Virus record (IMG/VR): IMGVR_UViG_3300014501_000006 | Location: 1 to 50,383 of that record | DNA: 50,383 nucleotides | Origin: a virus | Taxonomy: Duplodnaviria > Caudoviricetes | Strand: one strand, 5' to 3' | Made by a program: the position numbers and the translations under genes | The notes under the pieces: model-generated | What the model was told of the DNA's origin: nothing | What the model saw: only the letters and a program-made list of their open reading frames with translations | Databases searched by the model: none | In this document: positions 46,401-50,383 of the stretch, one piece after another | How the letters are laid out: each line of letters opens with the position of its first letter | Numbering within the stretch: the stretch's first letter is position 1

Positions 46401-46645
46401 AGAAGTCATGCTTGTGGCGGTTCGACATAACGCCCGGCGGAGGCAATGGTACGGCGGCGGTTATGCTGGATCAGGACGGAGCAAAGCCCGCTGCTACATC
46501 GCAATCGTGTACGGCGGCAGCGAGCAACGCCTATTCGTTCAATCTATACCCCGACCCCAATAGCGCGGGTATCTTGTTTCAGAATTTATCCGCTGATGGC
46601 GGCGCCGAGTCGGTCTTCTTCTCGATTCAGGAAGGGGGTTTCTGA
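43412..46645 (+). CDS. Tailspike/receptor-binding-like protein with signal peptide
   Basis: MKRLPLVATLIFLTLGVAFA signal; DDTPAVNTFV..RIPFGRYRI beta-helix entry motif; 22 Cys by manual count. Confidence 0.7.
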   Translation: MKRLPLVATLIFLTLGVAFAGDDSNVINSLSQVNPASGNYGGSQYPQQIYNSLSQEDAGRSVEYGFTNFVVSGCLGPTSAGLVMSVPACIGYNAGFRAADPSNGSIGFSSSITFSNNATTWVAMDENTTGNNANLPNFTRVANTHYLIDTLDVAAPTMATDSQLLMKVVTSGGAITAVTDLRTTSVTINNGGSSSDPLILNKLIPKKLDGSDLIGCFNGAACAEKNLGDFGVSVTATGTEGSLAEMTGCTLTSNSPVAVFSCSGSTGIADFQLAANKGKTVAVPGGGAAPVSTAPSMTIYPTSTNSNVASLGGQNTYYANGCQVINGLVWGITGSSFFFVQNAGLVYAGETVTISSNQYKVLSINGTIVNIDPTGPHATLLTSPNATVMTGADCGTSYSLQMNWVEPNGAIKVGPKQTTTVGPSSLNWENFLQAQAPLDAHISPALQGGAQICACKTAGCTPTLAGTWFPKKVFNLQNQVTTAAVVNDELLEANQGSKVNPTLATFDYLGQNSAFDILDGTTCPIADENAIMTGLALTSATGSGPYVVTLSGPVTAATLAPTTTIIYFDDTPAVNTFVTAAKDVVGVTARFATTRIPFGRYRIQNLTVSNGVGLNVIGGGGSAFDSRSNEVRNSGTEFVFSGRAGQGAGVTLYNVSKPHWDSVGIGVDSGSTPAGCLDIDGADTVPTPGRGWFVNSVFCGGSNVGVILASINTTNADFYSFYNDVINCSGGVDDGTGLWIDSANALQEYVDSSTALCGQVGVVNMTGGLHMFGSVGTPNSIAEVLSPYTGTDNEWASRNEHMSRGIYSPIQAGNAGPNLNLHDSDFVDAQFLPDCNFVLVGNGPSELNHNRFISSVTTALAFSYSGSTGPNPACSGIGGPSNGTFATLDSRNSIYDSMASPFGNWSAVNVSTSTDQYFNPATGGLLTLIVPPAPPTATSYTYDMGGCPTTLPRPDSTGITLTGGYCSVAYNSPVLFGAPASGGTFGGKLGISVNGEQKSCLWRFDITPGGGNGTAAVMLDQDGAKPAATSQSCTAAASNAYSFNLYPDPNSAGILFQNLSADGGAESVFFSIQEGGF

Positions 46646-47292
46646 TGCGCCTCGTAACTCTGCGGCTCTTGTTGTTGATGGTAGTGGTAGGCGTGATGCT
46701 CTCGCTCGCAATGCCCAAGAGAGAGGTGATTGTCGCGTCTAATCTGGCAATTGCGGCGAGTCCAAGCGTGACGGCCACGGCAACTCCCTCTGCAACTCCG
46801 ACACCCGTACCAGCGTGCATAAAAGGCGAGTCAGGTGACGGTGTACACATAACGCATTGCGAGCCTCTAGCCGCAAGCACGACGGCAGGGCAGGTGGAAT
46901 CGTCGGTCGGCGTCGATCGTGCGGGCAATGCGCTTCCGCCAGCGTGGACCTCGCAGCCCTTCACGATCGGATGGGACGGCTATCTCGGTATCGTTACCAA
47001 CGCCGCGACCAAGACCATCGTTGCTCCTTGTACCGGCCACTTCACATCGCTTAGTTGCGATGCTGCGCTGACCGGCACCTGCACGACCGTCCCCGTAATC
47101 AACGTCGATAACGTCACTACGCCCGCGACGGGCACCGCGATCAATCTCACAACAACAGTTGGAACGCCGGTAACCCATGCCGAGACGCTTACTTTTGTTG
47201 CGGGAAATATCATCGGCCTCGCTCAAACCGCATCTCCTGCGACCTGCACGGTCCCGTGGTGGGGTTGCGAAGCGACACTTAGCTGCCCATGA
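46645..47292 (+). CDS. Secreted or anchored Cys-rich beta-domain protein
   Basis: Hydrophobic N-terminus, TATATPSATPTP linker, FVAGNIIG motif, 8 Cys. Confidence 0.7.
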   Translation: MRLVTLRLLLLMVVVGVMLSLAMPKREVIVASNLAIAASPSVTATATPSATPTPVPACIKGESGDGVHITHCEPLAASTTAGQVESSVGVDRAGNALPPAWTSQPFTIGWDGYLGIVTNAATKTIVAPCTGHFTSLSCDAALTGTCTTVPVINVDNVTTPATGTAINLTTTVGTPVTHAETLTFVAGNIIGLAQTASPATCTVPWWGCEATLSCP

Positions 47293-47347
47293 GGAACACA
47301 ATGAAACGTACGTGTGTTTTGTTCCCACAGAGTGTAGCTTTTAGCTA

Positions 47348-47800
47348 ATGATCCATTACCACCTGACCACCGCGAAAGTCGTTCTGGTCGCCACGGGAGC
47401 GGCGGTCGCGAGCGGTGCGGTCGCGCTCGCGCAACCGGACCATACTGTGGCTCTCGCGACGATCGCGTCAGTGCCACCGACTCTGACGGCCATCCTAGGG
47501 TTCCTGATACTCTACTTTCAAAACAGGAAGACGCGCGCCGAGTTCAACGGCAAGATGTCAGAACTGATACAAGCGAAAGAGAATATCGCTCTCCGCACAG
47601 GTTGGGATGTGGGTAGTCAGCACGCCAACGCTCGCGCGGAAGTTGTTGCTGAGAAAACCGCAGCGGCTGCCACCGAGTTAGGCGATGCTCGCGAACGCGC
47701 TGCTACCGCTGAGGGTAAGCACGCGGGCACTATCGAGGAACAAGAGCGCGGTATCAAAGAACAGATCCGCGTGGCTGAGGCCAAGAAGGACGAGAAGTAG
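47348..47800 (+). CDS. Holin/antiholin-like membrane protein
   Basis: Two hydrophobic segments plus a charged coiled-coil tail; immediately precedes the lysozyme-fold gene. Confidence 0.5.
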   Translation: MIHYHLTTAKVVLVATGAAVASGAVALAQPDHTVALATIASVPPTLTAILGFLILYFQNRKTRAEFNGKMSELIQAKENIALRTGWDVGSQHANARAEVVAEKTAAAATELGDARERAATAEGKHAGTIEEQERGIKEQIRVAEAKKDEK

Positions 47801-48178
47801 ATGGCGATCGACTATTCGTCTGCTGGCCGATGGGCACAGGTTGTCAGGGCGCTTGCGATGGGGGAATCCAACGAGGACGTAGGCCTTATGGGCGACGGCG
47901 GCAGAGCCTTCGGAATCCTTCAGCAGCACTCCGCATTCTTCGTTGAGTGGTACGGACGCTACCCCCAGATATACCCGATTGATGTGGCCGACACGGTGTG
48001 GGTCGCGCAGATCAAAGCAGCGGCCAGCTTTCTTGAGCATTACGTACCCGCGATGGGTTTGGACTTGGCCGTGGAGAGCTATAATCAAGGCGTGGAAGCC
48101 ATCAGGAGCGGCAAGAGAGTGCCGGACTATCTCGCCCGCTTCAATGTCAATCTCAACAAGGTGAAAGGCCAGCAATGA
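47801..48178 (+). CDS. Lysozyme-fold endolysin / lytic transglycosylase
   Basis: GESN (catalytic Glu), GDGGRAFGILQ, SYNQG, DY motifs. Confidence 0.78.
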   Translation: MAIDYSSAGRWAQVVRALAMGESNEDVGLMGDGGRAFGILQQHSAFFVEWYGRYPQIYPIDVADTVWVAQIKAAASFLEHYVPAMGLDLAVESYNQGVEAIRSGKRVPDYLARFNVNLNKVKGQQ

Positions 48179-48602
48179 CGACCAATGTTTACCCCAAATG
48201 CTCATGCGGCAAACTCTCCCGAATCATTTTCTTTGACAAGGCGCGCGGACAGGTCGTAGACGCCTGCTGGGAATGCTTCGATAATACCGAGACGGGTCGC
48301 GAGATGGCCCGCAAGTGAGCCTCGGACGCAAGCTCGCTATCTTTATCGCGCTGTACGGGGTATTGCTTCTGGGGGTATTTAGTGCCTTCTGGGCACTGGG
48401 AGGCTCGCTATGATCTTTACTTCCACGAATGGCGTTGCTACATCGCCGCTTCCCTCCAGTTGCGACTTTTGCCATTTGACAACGACAGGCGGCTGTAAAA
48501 TGTGCATGCCTCATCTCTACGGGGTAAAGTTGCCGTTTAAGATAATCGACCCGCAGATTTGGCCGCGAAGCGACCGCGCTGTTTGGCGCTAGGAGGACGG
48601 GA

Positions 48603-48791
48603 ATGTTGCTACTCATCATTCTGCTGATTCTGTTGTTTGGCGGCGGTGGCTGGGGCTACAGCAACGGTTGGGGCGGACCATTCGGGCCGGGACCGGGCGG
48701 CATCGTACCCGTTCTAATCTTGGTGCTGATTCTGTTCTTCCTCTTCGGTGGCCTCGGTAGCGGTTTCGGGCACGGGATGTACTTCCGATGA
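48603..48791 (+). CDS. DUF3309-like small membrane protein
   Basis: RBS AGGAGG; LLIILLILLFGGGGWGY..GGIVPVLILVLILFFLFG. Confidence 0.7.
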   Translation: MLLLIILLILLFGGGGWGYSNGWGGPFGPGPGGIVPVLILVLILFFLFGGLGSGFGHGMYFR

Positions 48792-49312
48792 GCGCGCGCA
48801 AGAAGCCTCCTATCATCAAGCGCGTCGTCAAGAAGGCCATCCCGAGGATCGCAAAGGCGGTGGCCCTGAAGCCGGAAGAGGTGGTGAAGGTGCGAGTGAC
48901 ACCGCCGCCCTTTGAGCCCAATCTACGGTTGGCTCGCGCGCCTACCTTAGACCTAGATTGGCATACCGGCGACGACCCTCCCATCGCCAATCCGATGACA
49001 CCGCGCTACAGCCGCTCCGACGAGGACGAGGCGGACCGCGCGCATCACTCCCCCGAATCCGAAGGCGATGCGTGGGGGATCGCGCTGATGTTGCTGTTCA
49101 TCGTGGGGATCGTTGCGGGGGCCTTGTGGTGGGCAATGAAGCCAAACCGCAACATCAGGCCACAGGTGGAACCCGCAGCCGCGTCGAGCGCGAGCGCACA
49201 GCCTACGGCCTATGGGACGGCAACTACCATCGCTACCCCAAGTCCGACCACCGCGCCGACTGCGTGCGCGAGGCCGACCGTGGACGCCGACGATTATGGG
49301 AAGAATGACTGA
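48788..49312 (+). CDS. Single-pass membrane protein
   Basis: Basic N-terminus, one TM segment, Thr/Pro-rich C-terminal region. Confidence 0.65.
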   Translation: MSARKKPPIIKRVVKKAIPRIAKAVALKPEEVVKVRVTPPPFEPNLRLARAPTLDLDWHTGDDPPIANPMTPRYSRSDEDEADRAHHSPESEGDAWGIALMLLFIVGIVAGALWWAMKPNRNIRPQVEPAAASSASAQPTAYGTATTIATPSPTTAPTACARPTVDADDYGKND

Positions 49313-49325
49313 GGGGAGGGATTGA

Positions 49326-49790
49326 ATGGCGACCGTGAATCTCCCGCCGTGGCTACGCCGCATCCAGCAGTCATGGTGGTTTCTATTGATCGTGCAGCCC
49401 TTCTTCGGCGCAGCGCTCCCCGTTCTTTACACATCATCGGACGGATTTTCCAACGTCACTCATAACGACATTAAGGCGTGTCTGATTGCTGGCGGTCTGA
49501 CGCTCTACGCTTCGTACCAGAAATCCTTCGGCTCCGATTCCTTCAATAAGGACGGCACGGACAATTTGCAGGTCAAGGAGGTCGTTGAGGCGGATAGCGC
49601 CAATCGCACCGTCGTGGTGGTCCCCGTCGCCTCGCCCCAAGTGCGCGAGCAGATTCGTATCCTTACGGACGCGGGCGCCCCAGTTGCGGTCGTGGCGGCC
49701 CCGGAGGCAGCGTTGAGCGCCCAAATCAAGGCAGCGAACGCCGACCCGCGCTCCATGACAACTGCATCGATATCGTGCAAGCCATCGTGA
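49326..49790 (+). CDS. Holin-like membrane protein
   Basis: RBS GGAGG; two N-terminal hydrophobic segments. Confidence 0.5.
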   Translation: MATVNLPPWLRRIQQSWWFLLIVQPFFGAALPVLYTSSDGFSNVTHNDIKACLIAGGLTLYASYQKSFGSDSFNKDGTDNLQVKEVVEADSANRTVVVVPVASPQVREQIRILTDAGAPVAVVAAPEAALSAQIKAANADPRSMTTASISCKPS

Positions 49791-49978
49791 AACGTCTCGC
49801 TCCAATAGCCTTCTGGTTCTTTTTGTACGTGCTGCCGCCCTCGCCGCTGCCGCAGTTCTCACCGCCGTTTGAAAGCAAACAGCGTTGCCAGCACGGCATG
49901 GCGGTACTGGTCGCTAACGACGTGCATCATCAGATCGAAATTACCAAGTTGTGTTTCGACGACGGGAAGTCCAAATGA
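49787..49978 (+). CDS. Small secreted or membrane protein
   Basis: KR + hydrophobic stretch; PFESKQRC..C. Confidence 0.5.
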   Translation: MKRLAPIAFWFFLYVLPPSPLPQFSPPFESKQRCQHGMAVLVANDVHHQIEITKLCFDDGKSK

Positions 49979-50168
49979 AGTGCCGCATTTGCCGCAACCG
50001 CATCTGGCCCTGGCAGCGCGCAACCTACGTGTCGTCCTTCTGGGATTGCGTGAAGCGAGGCGGTGGCAGCTACGCCTACCACACGCGGCATAGCAGGGAG
50101 GCGGTGATGGAACAGCGCATCGCATCTTTAGAAAACGGCTATCGCAACAGCGGCGTTGGGTTGGGACG

Positions 50169-50366
50169 ATGACCCGCGTTATCACCGTCGGCCTCGGACG
50201 CAACCAGACGCTCGATGCAGCAGAGGCCATCATCACCGCGCACGGCGGCGCGCGCATCGGGCCGGTGACGGTTTTAGAGGATGAGATCATCGAGGCATCG
50301 ATAGACAGCGCGGAATGGAATAGCATCAGGGCCGAACTGGAAGCGGCTGGTTACGAATTGGACTGA
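50169..50366 (+). CDS. Hypothetical protein spanning the circular junction
   Basis: ATGA coupling; the 3' half is duplicated at 1-106. Confidence 0.6.
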   Translation: MTRVITVGLGRNQTLDAAEAIITAHGGARIGPVTVLEDEIIEASIDSAEWNSIRAELEAAGYELD

Positions 50367-50383
50367 CAAGGAGAATTTATGAA
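50261..50383. repeat. Terminal direct repeat, right copy
   Basis: Identical to 1-123. Confidence 0.97.

Noticed and set aside
47798-47803. Genome-wide TAG recoding suggested by in-frame TAG-ATG junctions (22681, 47798)
   Set aside because: TAA-GTG abutments also occur (24153, 35055), long genes are intact under the standard code, and no suppressor tRNA is seen.

Overview
This is a complete, circularly assembled genome of a dsDNA tailed phage, about 50,260 bp unique plus a 123-bp end overlap. It looks podovirus-like: no tape measure, tail tube or sheath is recognisable. The leftward early arm (1.1-7.8 kb) holds RecT, a PD-(D/E)xK nuclease, VRR-NUC and an HExxH protein. A divergent promoter pair with twin operators follows at 7.8-8.0 kb. 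The rightward early/replication arm (8-15 kb) holds HTH proteins, an RNA ligase, a chimeric DnaB-NTD/AAA helicase, GIY-YIG and HNH nucleases and two DNA methyltransferases. Next come an IS1595-family element with cargo ORFs (15.5-17.3 kb), a likely packaging-origin region, and a terminase large subunit split into two genes. The late region encodes adaptor, fibre, nozzle and ejection proteins, a PurD-like ATP-grasp ligase, portal, scaffold, a Mu gpT-like major capsid protein, a tailspike-like protein and a lysis/membrane block. No integrase, DNA polymerase, primase, tRNA or CRISPR array was recognised. The most striking feature is that seven appendage-type proteins inside the morphogenesis operons (collagen fibre, Gly-rich fibre, capsid-decoration-like, tailspike-like, three small beta-domain proteins) have Sec-type signal peptides or signal anchors. 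Most also have paired cysteines and several have Thr/Pro linkers, whereas the core shell and tail proteins do not. This suggests an export-dependent route for maturing virion appendages, or a host-surface display system. All product calls come from reading motifs by eye; no database searches were run.
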